64,000 bases of DNA, from NCBI RefSeq assembly GCF_001194135.2, contig NC_069000.1, forward strand, positions 35,490,690-35,554,689, in the 5' to 3' direction. The notes beneath the pieces are model-generated. The model was not told where the DNA came from and did no database searches. It worked only from the letters and a program-made list of their open reading frames with translations. Positions within the stretch are counted from its first letter, which is position 1, and each line of letters starts with the position of its first letter. The position numbers and the translations under genes are program-made. Shown piece by piece: positions 36,690 through 49,699 of this stretch. Source of the stretch: Octopus bimaculoides (taxonomy: Eukaryota).

Positions 36690-36797
36690 GAGTACTTGAG
36701 CTGATCTAACCTGAGCTGCCCTGACATGACCTGACCTGACTTGACCTATCTTGAACTGACCTGACATGATATGACATGATATGACATGACATGACCT
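36690..36797. repeat. Pentanucleotide microsatellite (TGACC/TGACA/TGATA)n
   Basis: Seen directly. Confidence 0.85.
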
Positions 36798-36967
36798 CGA
36801 CCACCGTGCATAATTTTTGTTCTCAGTTCCTTTAACAAATATGATACCCCCGGCGAGGGATGTAGTGTAAACTGGTGGATATTTTGGGGCGGCTACTAAC
36901 GATTGGGACGGTATTTTTCCTGCTGGTATGGCACATTCGACATTTTCGGTCACAACGCGGAAGTTTT

Positions 36968-37418
36968 TATCTTTCATCTTTTACTTGTTTCAGTCTTTGA
37001 AGTGCGGCCATGCTGGAGCATCACCTTGAAAAGTATTTAGCTGAGCAAAACGCTCCCCGGTACTTATGTTTTAAGTCTGGCACGTATCCTATTGGCTTCT
37101 CTTGCTGAACCGCTAAGTTACGGGGACGTATATAGACCAACACCGGTTGTCAAGAGTGGTGGGTGGGGCAAACAGGCACACAGACACAAAGACCTACACG
37201 CTCTCACGCATGCACGCATACGCGAACACACGCGCGCACATACACACACATGCATACACACAACGCGCGCGCACATATATAATCGTACACTACTGGTTTC
37301 CTTTCACACAATTTCCGTCTACCAAATTCCCTCAAAATACCGTGCATAATGAGACTGAACACGAAACCAAGTAGATACAAAGCGGCCTTCTTAATCACAC
37401 AACCATACCTGCGCCTAT
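36968..37418 (-). mobile_element. SINE family B, diverged but CpG-retaining
   Basis: Family B 3' and 5' motifs flank a (CA/CG)n tract. Confidence 0.8.
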
Positions 37419-37479
37419 ATCTTGCATCTACCACGTATTTACTAGCAATCTTCTGCTCCTGAATAGCAGAAAGACTTAC

Positions 37480-38330
37480 CTTACTAGGTGAGACGCTAAG
37501 TCATTATCACAATCCAGGTAAAACTATTATTCCTGGTAACGATGATGGCGTTCTTGTTGTCGCAAGTTATATACCAAAGTATAACTTTCTGTTCGTCTGA
37601 TGAGTGTTTCTTCTCCAAGAATCTGTTTAAGCAGGTTAATCCACTTTCTTTCGCTTCACACGGAACAGCTGTACTCTGAGTCCATATTCAGAAGTTTACC
37701 TAATTCTACGTTGTTTTGTATTTTCACTATTAAGTACACGAGACACTCCCTTCAGTGTTGAGTAGGCGTTGTTTGAGTGATATAGAGCGACACTCAGAGG
37801 TTGACCACGTGCTTCGGCTTCCATTCTTCCATTTAACAAAGTACTGTCGGTGTCACTGTTGAAGTGAAAATTACAAGTGGTGGTTAATGTCTTTCCTGTC
37901 TTGGTGTTCTAGTTTCGAATCTCTTCAAGTGTCCCGTCAAGGATCTTAAATATTAGCACCAGCATTAGCACTAGCTGTGGCACTGCAAAAGCATTATTTG
38001 ATATGATCTTATTGAATGATTTTTATACCTTCCAAAGTCTGCTGACGTATTCTTTTTGTCACTCCAGTTTTACTCACAGCACCAACGTACGCAATATTCT
38101 CATAAATTTCGGGGTATTTCTAACAGTCATCACTGAAGATGGAGAAGACAGATAGGTTATTGGCGTTCATATTTTTCTCTCTGGCTGACAATTTCTCCTC
38201 AGTTGATTGCCTAACAAAACTACATTTCTGTGTCCTTTGAAAATGTTGCAATAGTGCTATACCTTGGTCTCGAGGATATTATTTGAATGCAGCTTAAGAT
38301 CATCAATGAAAACGGTGACTGCTATTACGA
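37480..38330 (-). mobile_element. Dong/R4-type LINE reverse transcriptase fragment
   Basis: FIDDLKLHSNN (RT YxDD box) and NKIISNNAFAVPQL...TLEEIRN..TKTGKTLTTTCNFHFNSDTD, with stops and frameshifts. Confidence 0.7.
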
Positions 38331-40071
38331 TTTCTCTCTTCTACAGATCCTGTCATGCAGAAACAGATGCAGAAACAGAACAAATACCGGAACCAATGAA
38401 AGAGAAAAGAGACAATCCCGTGGCTTGCTTCTTATGCGACCCGAGCATACATCCTTTAATTAGCTTCGTTAAATCCAAAGTTCACCAAATATTAGCAATA
38501 ATTTCTAGTCAATTATAAACTTCTGATTTGCTTCTCAATTGTAAACTTGAAATGATTCCAAACTTAATATATCTTTGCGTAAATCTAGATTGCAATTAAA
38601 TTGCTTGATTAATCTCTTGCATTATAACCTCACCTAATCATGCGTCATATAAGATCATTAGTAGCATCTACTAATAAATCACATATGTGAATTATCTTTC
38701 CAAATCTTATTACTTACGCGACAAATACACTATACCCTAATCTGACACGAATGTGTCAGATGTAGCTATCTGCTGTTACATTAAAATTAAACTCCGAAGT
38801 CTTATTTCACACATTAGTCGCCACAGATTTATTGCAAATCCAAGCCGAAACGTCAAAATGATTAATCTTGTTTACATCCTCACCACTTCTGTTGGCGTCC
38901 AGATATCTAGGATAAATTCTATGTAATTTATTCTTGAACATTAATTACTTAATCCAACCTAAATTCTTCTTTTCCAGAAGTCACTAAGAAAACTAAACTC
39001 ACTGAGTGCTAAATACAAAAATCACCTAACAAGACTAAAATCACCTATCTTCATAGGAATATCTCTAGCTTGTCTGAATAGCTTGCACGCAGATATAGAC
39101 CTGTGTGTGTGTATGTGTGTGTATGTGTGTGTGTGTGTGAAGTCTTGGCGATTATCTCAGTCAGCACTCATGCAAATCCATGCTAACAAGATGTAATGGT
39201 GGAGGGGAAAAACGATCCAGTAAATTTAATGTGTTCCACAGAAACTGAGAACCCAGGACGTTTACAACAACCACTGTGTATAACATATGATGAATACAAG
39301 ATTGAAGATATTGGATCACACTTATTACTCAGTCGTTTCAATAACAGATAGGCTGGATAAATCATTTAACATGCTGGAATCAATATAAACAATGGATATG
39401 TAATTTCATGCGATATTAAATGGAACTCCATTCTGGCATGTCATCGTGACCTTGCAAAAGATACAATACGCTTCCATTAGGATGAAAACCCTTGCAAATA
39501 TACAATAAGTGGGAGTGGCTTGGAGTATGGTTGAGAGCAATTAATCATTTAGATATGCTTATGGAAATGTACAGAGTAAATTGATCAAAGGACAGGCGAT
39601 ACAACTAGATAAATCAATTTAGGGGCTTGGCATACCAAGTTAGGTGTGGCAAGGGATATATAATATCGATGGCTGTCAGAATAGGGAGGATGGTATTTAA
39701 TGACAATGGTATTTAAAGACGGTGGTATTCACAAATGGTCATTAGTTAAGCGGGATGGGTATGTCAGGAATAACCTTACAGGAACTACGATAAGAAAAAA
39801 GTTTAAGAAAATGAGAAGGAGGAAGATTGAAGAGGATCGTGAAGAATAGTAAGATAGAAAACGATAGAAAGATATAAAGCCGTACAATTAAAGGTGATGA
39901 TTAATTTCACATTAAATAGAATAGAACAGTAAGTCGTATCATAGTATCTCTTTACTTGATGTTACATATGTTTCTGTATTCCACAATTAATGACGCCATA
40001 TCATATAATAATATAATAGTATAATATAATACAATAAAAGTAAATATTAATGATAAGAAATAAATATTAGT

Positions 40072-40266
40072 TTCAAATTTTGGCACAAGGTCAGCAATCT
40101 GGAGGAAGGGGATAAGTCGACTACATCGACCCCAGAGCTCAGCTAGTACTTATTTTATCGACCCCGAACGGATGAAATGCAAAGTCGTCTTCAGCAGTAT
40201 TTGAACACAGAATGTAAAGACGGACGAAATGCCGCTAAACATTTTGTCCAGCGTGCTAACGATTCT
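40072..40266 (-). mobile_element. SINE family A-type copy
   Basis: Family A motifs in reverse orientation. Confidence 0.8.
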
Positions 40267-42068
40267 AATATAATTATTATTACATTAAACAGGATCAGTA
40301 ATTGGCTATAAAAGAAAAATTGTAGCAGGAAACAATAAGATAGGAATGAGATAATAAACGAATAATTAGTTCTAAAGAGCAGTTAAAACCATTAGAAGGG
40401 ATCAACTAATTACAGAGCAATAAGTATCAAAAGAAATTAGAGAAGAATGATAGTAACAATAAGAAAGGAAGTACAATCGAAGGAAATACGTATGTTGATT
40501 TATAATATCTTATAACACAACACATAAGTTTAATAAACGGAATCCTCAAAAAGGTTTTATTTAATCTGGCGTAGGTAACGGATTAACAACTCATTACGTA
40601 TGTTAATTTGTCAAGATTTGCAGCTTAGAATTTGAAGTGCCTCTATGCCACGTAATTACAACTTCTCCACCCACTTTGTACAAGTGCTGTCCAAATAATT
40701 AAACACGAATTATAGTAATCTATATTCCTATTCTTCAAATCCAAATGAATTTTGTTCATGGAGTATTATGTACATGTTATTAAAAGAATGTACATAGTTG
40801 CTCTACCTCAACTTGAATTTTGATGTGACACTGATATAGTACTAAACCTTATCAGGTGTTAGGACTGAACATTTATATACTATATCCCTCCGGAGGCACT
40901 GGTTACTAAAAGGGTGACCATCTCTAACTCTTCAGTAAACACTGACTATGAGGTTTACTAAATAGTGTCAAATTAGTACTTGAATTATTATTAGAGCTAC
41001 TGTTAGGAAGAAGCATATAATCGATAGTAGCATTCCTGTTAGATCGATATGCGTTATTAACGGAAGAACTAGAGGAAAAAAAAAACAGTTATTATAATTA
41101 GAATCACAAATTTCTTATCAACAACGACTATAGTATCAACCAAATTAGTTGTGATGGAATATGAAAATTTAGAAGCGTGAATCCTTCGATCTGAGGTCAC
41201 CTTATCCATCCTTCACAGCTGGCACAAGTGTGTATATATGTGATTAGGTAGGGGCACACCGTGCCAGCTCGTTTCACATCCATATCACCAAGATAGTGGT
41301 AATGTGCAAGGGAATGGCCGGATGGATTCTGAGAACCTTCTATGACTAAAACGTTAAACCTCACCTAGAAACAACTATTAACAACATGATCAATTCTGCA
41401 TATTAAAAAAAAAATTGAACAAGGAAGTTTGCTCCTCAACCAGATGGATACGAGTTCAGTCTCACTGCATGGCACCTTGGGTAAGTGTTTTCTACTATAG
41501 GATCCTGGATAACCATCGATTCCAGATAAAGAGCTCTCAGTGTTAGAATCGATATCGCTTTTATTTTATCTGCTTTCGCTGGAAGATACGGATCGCATCA
41601 GTCAATGAAGGCACGAAATGTTCTTCAACGGGATCATTGATCTAGGTGAGATAGCACCTCAATCTCCCTCAACTCCCTGAAATCACATCCTACCGACGTT
41701 AACAAAAAAGGAAGAGAAGAAACTAGGAATATACAGGGTAATGTAGATCTAGACAAGAATGAACAACCTTTTTCGAGAAGCAGGCCGTATAGATCATCAT
41801 GAAGTGAGTCGCACTACTAAAAAAATTTTAAGTAACTTTTCGTTAGACGTGCCATACAGAAATTCCTGCGGGCCGCAGTTTTCCTATGACTGATCTAGAT
41901 ATCGAGAAAAAACCGGGATGGTTGCAAACGAAATGCCCTTAATCAAATATTTACTTAATTAAGGCCGGACTACGAGTTCAACTACTGCTACAACAATAAC
42001 GACAGCATAAACAATTGTGATATCTAAGTTCAACTTGGCAATAAACAAAATAACGTCTGGAATTTACG

Positions 42069-42209
42069 CTTATCTTCTTGCTTATATGGCTTCTTGCTAA
42101 AGGTCGTTCTTATCTTCTTACATGTACGCTTCTTGCTAAAATAACTTCAACAAAATTTCTACACGAGAAAGTGACGTCATAACAGTTGCATGACATCATG
42201 GCATCAGTT
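42069..42209 (+). promoter_or_regulatory. Candidate promoter: two GATA-type sites in a ~33-bp direct repeat, a CRE palindrome, a CRE-like site and an Inr-like TCAGTT
   Basis: cttatct at 42069 and 42109; TGACGTCA at 42172-42179; TGACATCA at 42191-42198; TCAGTT at 42204-42209, about 145 nt upstream of ATG 42353. Confidence 0.3.
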
Positions 42210-42352
42210 TTGATAATATGGACGATATTCAAACAGTCTCAACGTCGTTTGGAGGCAACCTCAACCATATAAGTTTTTGCAGTTGTTTCAACTGTTATTT
42301 GGTTTAACAAAGCATTTTGCGAGCTACCCAAAGGGAAAACCGAAAAGCAAAA

Positions 42353-42440
42353 ATGTCACATACGATGGTATACCCGATTCACCGACGCAGTGCTTCAGCG
42401 CCACCGCCAGTAACAAGAAGGGTGAAAAATACAAAAACAA
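42353..42440 (+). CDS. Candidate first coding exon of an OTU-like gene: MSHTMVYPIHRRSASAPPPVTRRVKNTKT (phase 1)
   Basis: aaaaATG context, in-frame stop upstream at 42305, donor aa|gtatgt. Phase 1 matches the acceptor at 52821. The sequence is non-repetitive and CpG-rich. Confidence 0.5.
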
Positions 42441-42489
42441 GTATGTACTGCCGGATTATAACCCCGTTCAATTCTATCCTTTATTTTCT

Positions 42490-42698
42490 ATCTTTTATTT
42501 GTTGTCGTCATTAGACTACGGCCATGTTGGGGCACCGCCTTGTGCAATTTTAATCGGATGAATCGACCCCAGTACTTCTTTATTTTTTACTTTTTTAAGC
42601 CTGGTACTTATTCTATCCGTCACTTTTGCCGAACCGCTAAGTTACGGGGACGTAACTGCACCAAAACCCGTTTTCAAGCCGTAATAGGGGACAAGCAT

Positions 42699-42751
<53 letters not shown>

Positions 42752-42885
42752 TACACAAACACACGACGGGCTTCTCTCAGTTTCCATCTTCCAAATCCAG
42801 TCACAATGCTATAGTAGAAAACACTTGCCCAAGGTGCCATGCAGCAAGGCTGAATTCGTAACCATCTGGTCGAGGAGCAAACTTC
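42490..42885 (-). mobile_element. SINE family B, about 50 nt after the candidate donor at 42441
   Basis: Family B layout with an internal (CA)n tract. Confidence 0.82.
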
Positions 42886-43016
42886 CTTGTTCAACTTTTT
42901 TTTAAATACGCAACGCAGAATTGACCACGTTTTCAATAGTTGCTAATTGTTTCTTTAAGTGCTGGTTGTTTTGGTTGGGGTGAGGTTTAATGTTTTAGTC
43001 AGAGAAAGAAAAAAAA

Positions 43017-43551
43017 AGTGCCAACGTCCTTTTTAAAGGTTTCCGTGACTGGGAGGAGAAAGAGAGGAGAGGAAGTTATTCCCAGACCTGAAACCTCATC
43101 TAAATACTTGTAACGGAATGGACTCCATCTAAGACACCTCAAATCTGTGTTGTGGTGTAAAACCGGGCGAAGTAGTAAGCCTACCATTCCAAAACATGAA
43201 CGGGATTCTACATAGTTTCCGTCCACATATTGTCATTCACGAGTTTTTGGTCGACTCGAAGTTATGATAGAAGGTAGATGACACTCGATCGAAGTGCCGC
43301 GCGATGGGATGGGATCTAATGCGGAACCCTGTTGTTGCGGAGAGAAGTCGTTAACCACACACCTGTCTTTTGGAGGACGTTAAAGAACTTAAGATTTATA
43401 TATAGAAATATCAGTCTTCGCAACCCAGACCTCAGGTGTCTTGGACGAAGTCCATTCTGTTGCTAGTATTTAGATTAGGACTCTGGTTGGAGAATGACTC
43501 CCTTTCTTCCACCTACCAGCCACGGAAACCTTTAAAAAGGACGTTGGCACT
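43017..43551. mobile_element. Non-autonomous DNA element with 36-bp terminal inverted repeats
   Basis: agtgccaacgtcctttttaaaggtttccgtgactgg (43017-43052) versus 43516-43551, one mismatch. Confidence 0.82.
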
Positions 43552-43844
43552 ACTCCTCTTTCTCTGACTCTCAGTAATGCAGTATAATGTGTACCTTTTA
43601 TGCAGACGCACACATACACACAGGCACGCATACATCCACACACACACACACACACACACACACATAAATACGTATGTGTGTCTATTACACACGTGGTCAC
43701 AAAAAGAAGTAAACTCGCGCACGATATATGCAGTCACGTGGAGAGGTATAAAAGCTCATACACGCACTTGCCCACACAATTGTATATCTCACTGACTACG
43801 CATGCACAAACTATATTTCTTATAACATCTGTGACACTCTCTAA

Positions 43845-44078
43845 GGCGGCGAGCTGGCAGAGACGTTAGCACGCCGGGCGAAATGCTTAGCGGTATTTCG
43901 TCTGCCGTTACGTTCTGAGTTCAAATTCCGCCGAGGTCGACTTTGCCTTTCATTCTTTCGGGGTCGATAAATTAAGTACCAATTACGCACTGGGGTCGAT
44001 GTAATCGACTTAATCCGTTCGTCTGTTCTCGTTTGTTCCCTCTATGTTTAGCCCCTTGTGGGCAATAACGAAATAGGT
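43845..44078 (+). mobile_element. SINE family A, near-consensus
   Basis: Full-length, CpG-rich copy. Confidence 0.9.
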
Positions 44079-44860
44079 NNNNNNNNNNNNNNNNNNNNNN
44101 NNNNNNNNNNNNNNNNNNNNNNNNNNNNNNNNNNNNNNNNNNNNNNNNNNNNNNNNNNNNNNNNNNNNNNNNNNNNNNNNNNNNNNNNNNNNNNNNNNNN
44201 NNNNNNNNNNNNNNNNNNNNNNNNNNNNNNNNNNNNNNNNNNNNNNNNNNNNNNNNNNNNNNNNNNNNNNNNNNNNNNNNNNNNNNNNNNNNNNNNNNNN
44301 NNNNNNNNNNNNNNNNNNNNNNNNNNNNNNNNNNNNNNNNNNNNNNNNNNNNNNNNNNNNNNNNNNNNNNNNNNNNNNNNNNNNNNNNNNNNNNNNNNNN
44401 NNNNNNNNNNNNNNNNNNNNNNNNNNNNNNNNNNNNNNNNNNNNNNNNNNNNNNNNNNNNNNNNNNNNNNNNNNNNNNNNNNNNNNNNNNNNNNNNNNNN
44501 NNNNNNNNNNNNNNNNNNNNNNNNNNNNNNNNNNNNNNNNNNNNNNNNNNNNNNNNNNNNNNNNNNNNNNNNNNNNNNNNNNNNNNNNNNNNNNNNNNNN
44601 NNNNNNNNNNNNNNNNNNNNNNNNNNNNNNNNNNNNNNNNNNNNNNNNNNNNNNNNNNNNNNNNNNNNNNNNNNNNNNNNNNNNNNNNNNNNNNNNNNNN
44701 NNNNNNNNNNNNNNNNNNNNNNNNNNNNNNNNNNNNNNNNNNNNNNNNNNNNNNNNNNNNNNNNNNNNNNNNNNNNNNNNNNNNNNNNNNNNNNNNNNNN
44801 NNNNNNNNNNNNNNNNNNNNNNNNNNNNNNNNNNNNNNNNNNNNNNNNNNNNNNNNNNNN

Positions 44861-45125
44861 CCTCCTCCTCATCATCATCCCGCTCCTCGTCCTCCTCATC
44901 ATCATCATCCCGCTCCTCCTCCTCCTCCTCCTCATCATCATCATCCCGCTCCTCCTCTTCCTCATCATCATCCCGCTCCTCCTCATCATCATCATCATCC
45001 CGCTCCTCCTCCTCATCATCATCATCATCCCTCTCCTCCTCCTCCTCCTCATCATCATCATCATCATCCCTCTCCTCCATCTCCTCCTCCTCATCATCAT
45101 CATCCCGCTCCTCGTCCTCCTCATC
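44861..45125. repeat. Composite (TCC)n(TCA)n-cccgc minisatellite
   Basis: Units of about 21-36 nt of the form ctcctcctc-atcatcatc-ccg, running into a gap. Confidence 0.9.
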
Positions 45126-45391
45126 CAGTATGTTGAAGCCACTATAATTCACAACCGTTACCATCTTGTATTTTGAGATATATCATCTGTGTGGTGACAT
45201 CGAGCAGCAGACGCCACTCGTAGTCAACGGAGTGAATTGGAACCACATAAAATGAAGTGCCTTACGCAAGGGCACCAAATGCTACCTGGTCCGGAAATCA
45301 AATCCGCCAGAACAACAGCCTAACAATTAGGTCAAAGGCCATTATTTGCCGAATATGTGTAGATATGTATATATATAATCACAACGCGTGA

Positions 45392-45705
45392 AGGTCTGTG
45401 GCTTAGTGGTTAGGGTATTCGGCTCGCGATTGTAAGGTCGTAAGTTCGATTCCCGACAGTGCGTTGTGTCTTTGAGCAAGTCACTTTGCTTCAGTTCGCT
45501 CACTTGGCAAAAATGAGTTATGGCTGTATTTCAAAGGGGGCCAGCTTTGTCACATTGTGAGTCACGCTGAATCCCTTTGAGAACCACGTTAAGGGAACGC
45601 GTGTCTGTGTATGTTCAGTCACTTGCGCGTTAATTTCACGAGCAGGCTGTTCCGGTGATCGGTTCAACTGAAATACTCGTCGTCGTAAGCGACGGAGCGT
45701 CAGTT
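45392..45705 (+). mobile_element. Family C-related SINE; an inverted partner lies at 46375-46650 (-)
   Basis: tRNA-like head gtggcttagtggttagg..gttcgattccc and shared 3' segment cacgagcaggctgttcc..gatc. Confidence 0.8.
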
Positions 45706-45869
45706 TAATCCCATCGCAGTTCTAATACAAATACCAGCTTGGTGCCTGGCGCGAATAAGACCACCAAAACCAACAAGATGAAAAGGGTTCGAAATGATAA
45801 CTAAACCGTATCGTCTGTCGTGCGGGTTAACATGTGACGCGTTCAGATCTTAAGAGAGGTCCTTTCAAA

Positions 45870-45935
<66 letters not shown>

Positions 45936-46819
45936 NNNNNNNNNNNNNNNNNNNNNNNNNNNNNNNNNNNNNNNNNNNNNNNNNNNNNNNNNNNNNNNNN
46001 NNNNNNNNNNNNNNNNNNNNNNNNNNNNNNNNNNNNNNNNNNNNNNNNNNNNNNNNNNNNNNNNNNNNNNNNNNNNNNNNNNNNNNNNNNNNNNNNNNNN
46101 NNNNNNNNNNNNNNNNNNNNNNNNNNNNNNNNNNNNNNNNNNNNNNNNNNNNCACACACACACACACCCACACACAAAATGCGTATCCCGGGACACCGAA
46201 GCAAGTTCAGGAGGGAAAAAACTGTTAGTGATTTTGGAACGATAGGACTCTAAGGCAGGGCGTACCCGAGAATTTACCCCCTGTGATCTTCTCAGGAATA
46301 GTGGACGGAGAAGATAGATGGATGTATATGCACACAAATTTTCTAGTTGCTTTACTAGCAAGCCCTATAACTGGTACTCCGTCGGTTACGACGACGAGGG
46401 TTCCAGTTGATCCGATCAACGGAACAGCTTGCTTGAGCACTCCACAGACACAAGTACAGAGAGATTCTGCCTGATACAGAATGTGGCAAGGCTGGCCTTT
46501 TGAAATGCAGATACAACTAATTTTTACCAGCTGAGTGAACTAGATCAACGTGAAATAAAGTGTTCTTACTCAAGGACATAACGCACTGTCGGGAATCGAA
46601 CTCACGGCTTTACAATCGAGAGTCGAATACCCTAACCACCAAGCCATGCGTGAAGCATTATAATAAGCTTTTTACTCAATGTCATTTAAGTATTGTCTTC
46701 CGTTTTTACTTAGGTTCGAATTTCTTCCAACCATCTTAGCTAACTCTCTCGTCCTTTCTTTTGCTTCGGTAGTTACTTTCCATTTCCATTCATCAAACCC
46801 GTCAACTTGTATTTATTGG

Positions 46820-47965
46820 GTTCAAATTTTGGCACAAGGCCAGCAATTTCGTGGGAGGAGGCAAGATGATTACTTCGACTCTAGTACTCAACTGGTACTT
46901 ATTTTATCAAACCCGAAAGGATGAAAAGCAAACTCGATCTCGGCAAAATTTAAACTCAGAACGTGGCCGACGGACGAAATACCGCTAAGTATTTTGCTCA
47001 GCGTGCTAACGATTCTGTCAGCTCACCGCTATATATTGTTTCAAATTTTGGCACAAAACCAGCAATTTCGGGGAACGTGGTAAGTTGATCACTTCAACCC
47101 TAGTACTCAACGGATACTTATTTTATCGACCTAGGCGAAATTTGAGCTTGAAATGTAAAAACAGACTAAATCTTTTCTGCTCTAGGCACAAGACCCGAAA
47201 GTTTTGGGGGGAGGGAACCAGTCGATTAGATCGACCCAGTACGCGACTAGCACTTAAGTTATCGATCCTGAAAGGATGAAAGGAAAAGTCGACCTCGGCG
47301 GAATTTGAACTCGGAACATAAAGACAGACGAAATACCGATTTCTTTATTACCCACAAGGGCTAAACACAGATAGGACAATACACACATGCGGGGACAATT
47401 AACACATGATAGAATGGAACAATGAAATTAAACAATGATGATGGGACGACCACGTTATTTCAATTATTTCAACAGTTCTCAATAGTTCCTTTCACAGTCT
47501 TCGATAGTTCTTTTCAAAATTATCTCAATTTATCCAAAATAAAACTAGTCACCATTTTATATAATATTTTATTTCCTCGTAGTTCACCACTGGAGCGCTG
47601 GATTCTAAATTCACCTNNNNNNNNNNCGCAGTGAGTAATATAACACGTTCGACCAGTAAACTCACAGAGCCGTTATATCGCTAAGCAGTTCGACCGGCGT
47701 GCTAACGTTTCTTATTTCTTATTTCTTTACTGCCCACAAGGGGCTATACACAGAGGGGACAAACAAGGACAGACAAACGGATTAAGTCGATTACATCGAC
47801 CCCAGTGTGTAACTGGTACTTAATTTATCGACCCCGAAAGGATGAAAGGCAAAGTCGACCTCAGCGGAATTTGAACTCAGAACGTAATGGCAGACGAAAT
47901 ACCGCTAAGCATTTCGTCCGGCGAGTTAACGTTTCTACCGACTCGCAGCCTTTCCCGCCAGCTCA
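46820..47965 (-). mobile_element. Cluster of four family A-type SINE copies in the same orientation
   Basis: Copies at about 46820-47030, 47035-47140, 47165-47380 and 47700-47965. Confidence 0.8.
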
Positions 47966-48829
47966 CTGACTTAATCATGTATACATTACCATTTGGTTTA
48001 TCCACAAAATTATTTACTGGTTCCAATAACGCATTTTCCTGTATGAACCTATTAAATTTTTCCTGCTTACTAGCTGACAATATATGCATCTATGACAACG
48101 AGCAGGTGCAGTGGAGGAGGGGGTCAACATAGCCATGTGGATTCTTTAGGGTTTGAATAAAAGAAACAAGCAAAATTTGAAGGAAATATTAGCCGTTTTT
48201 CATACTTTCTAAGAGTAAGTAAAAAGAAAATAACAATTGCTACCCTTCTGTAATAAGTTCCTTACCATTAATATGACTAGTAAAAAAAAAAAAAAAAAAC
48301 CTTATGCTCAGGTGCTGAAATTTGATTCTTCATTTGGTAAGGGCAAAAGGGAAACGACAAAATGCTAAACCTACCTTTGAACATTATAGTTTGACATTCA
48401 TCCTTCTTCATGCACAAGGCCTATAGTTCTAATCAGACACCATCAATTGCATTTCGAAAAGTGATGATGTAACTCTTCAATGTTGTAAAACAAAGAATTG
48501 TCAGGATAAAACATTAGAGTTAACGACTGTCAAATTTGGTGCATAAGAAAATCGGACATTTCATTCTTAATGACCAAATATATATTATACATATGTGCGA
48601 CGGCCCTTTTTTCGGTTTCCGTCTGCCAAATCTACTCACAAGACTTAGGTCGGCCCGAAGCTATAGCAGAAGATACTTTCCCAAAATGCCATTCAGTAGG
48701 ACTGATCCCGGAACCATGTGGTTGGGAAGCAGCTATTTGAGAACAAAAGTTTAATTTAATGGGAAAATATTTATTAGAGAAATGTATATATTTTTTTAAT
48801 AGAATTTGGTACACATACATACAGCAAGA

Positions 48830-49440
48830 GGTTATTCAACAAAACCGCTATCGGCCTCCATTACTGCCTTGATACAATTTCTGAAACGATTAAATGTGTT
48901 GAGCAAGGTGGTCGTCATTCATGTTGCTCTTAACGCCCCTAATAGCAGACATCAACGAGTCCATGCTTCTTGATCTCCCTCTCAACAACACCCTAGACGT
49001 AGTAGTCCGGTGGGGTGGGGTTCAATCAGATCTAGTGGACCAAATGGTAGGGATAACGTAATCATGAAAATTTTCGACCATCCTGGGTCATGCAGGCTGT
49101 GTGAGAGGGAGCTAAATGTTGCTGGAACACGTGCAGCATCCCCCGAGAAACTCTAGATCCAGCGCTTGACAACTGTCTCCATTGTTTTGGTGTAGGCTGC
49201 CACGTTGACCCTAAGACCTGGGAAAAAAGTCTGGTGATATAATATGGCCCTCGTTGCCCACAACCCTCATGAACATCACAGACGATGGATACTTGGTGTG
49301 TATAACAATGAAGACTTCAGTGGGACTCGCGTAAGGCCGTCTGGCATACCTCCTGTTCACTTTTTGATCTTGGATAAATGTCTTCTCATTTGAAAAAGAA
49401 CAGAGTATGTCGGCCTCCTTGGGGTGCTTGAGTTTTTTTG
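48830..49440 (-). mobile_element. Tc1/mariner (maT-like) transposase fragment
   Basis: KKLKHPKE...FSNEKTFIQDQKVNRR..., TKYPSSVMF..VVGNEGHI, TMETVVKRW and VFQQHLAPSHTA. Confidence 0.8.
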
Positions 49441-49602
49441 TTTTTGTTTTCTTAGCAAATGTAAAGGACTACCTCTTCCCTGAAATTGCAAGCCTTGTGC
49501 CAAAATTTGAAATCAGTATATACTGTCTGTGTATTGTTGGGTATGAGGCATGCGTGACAACGCCTGGACGTGAGTTGTGTGTTGATTGAGAGAGAGAGAG
49601 AA

Positions 49603-49643
<41 letters not shown>

Positions 49644-49645
49644 AC

Positions 49646-49699
<54 letters not shown>

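Noticed and set aside
39170-41200. Possible decayed LINE or coding sequence in purine-skewed DNA
   Set aside because: No convincing motif was found in any frame, so it was left unannotated.
44010-45164. 384-aa acidic ORF on the minus strand
   Set aside because: It consists of a trinucleotide minisatellite, a gap and a SINE tail; several frames are open for the same reason, and there are no splice or domain signals.
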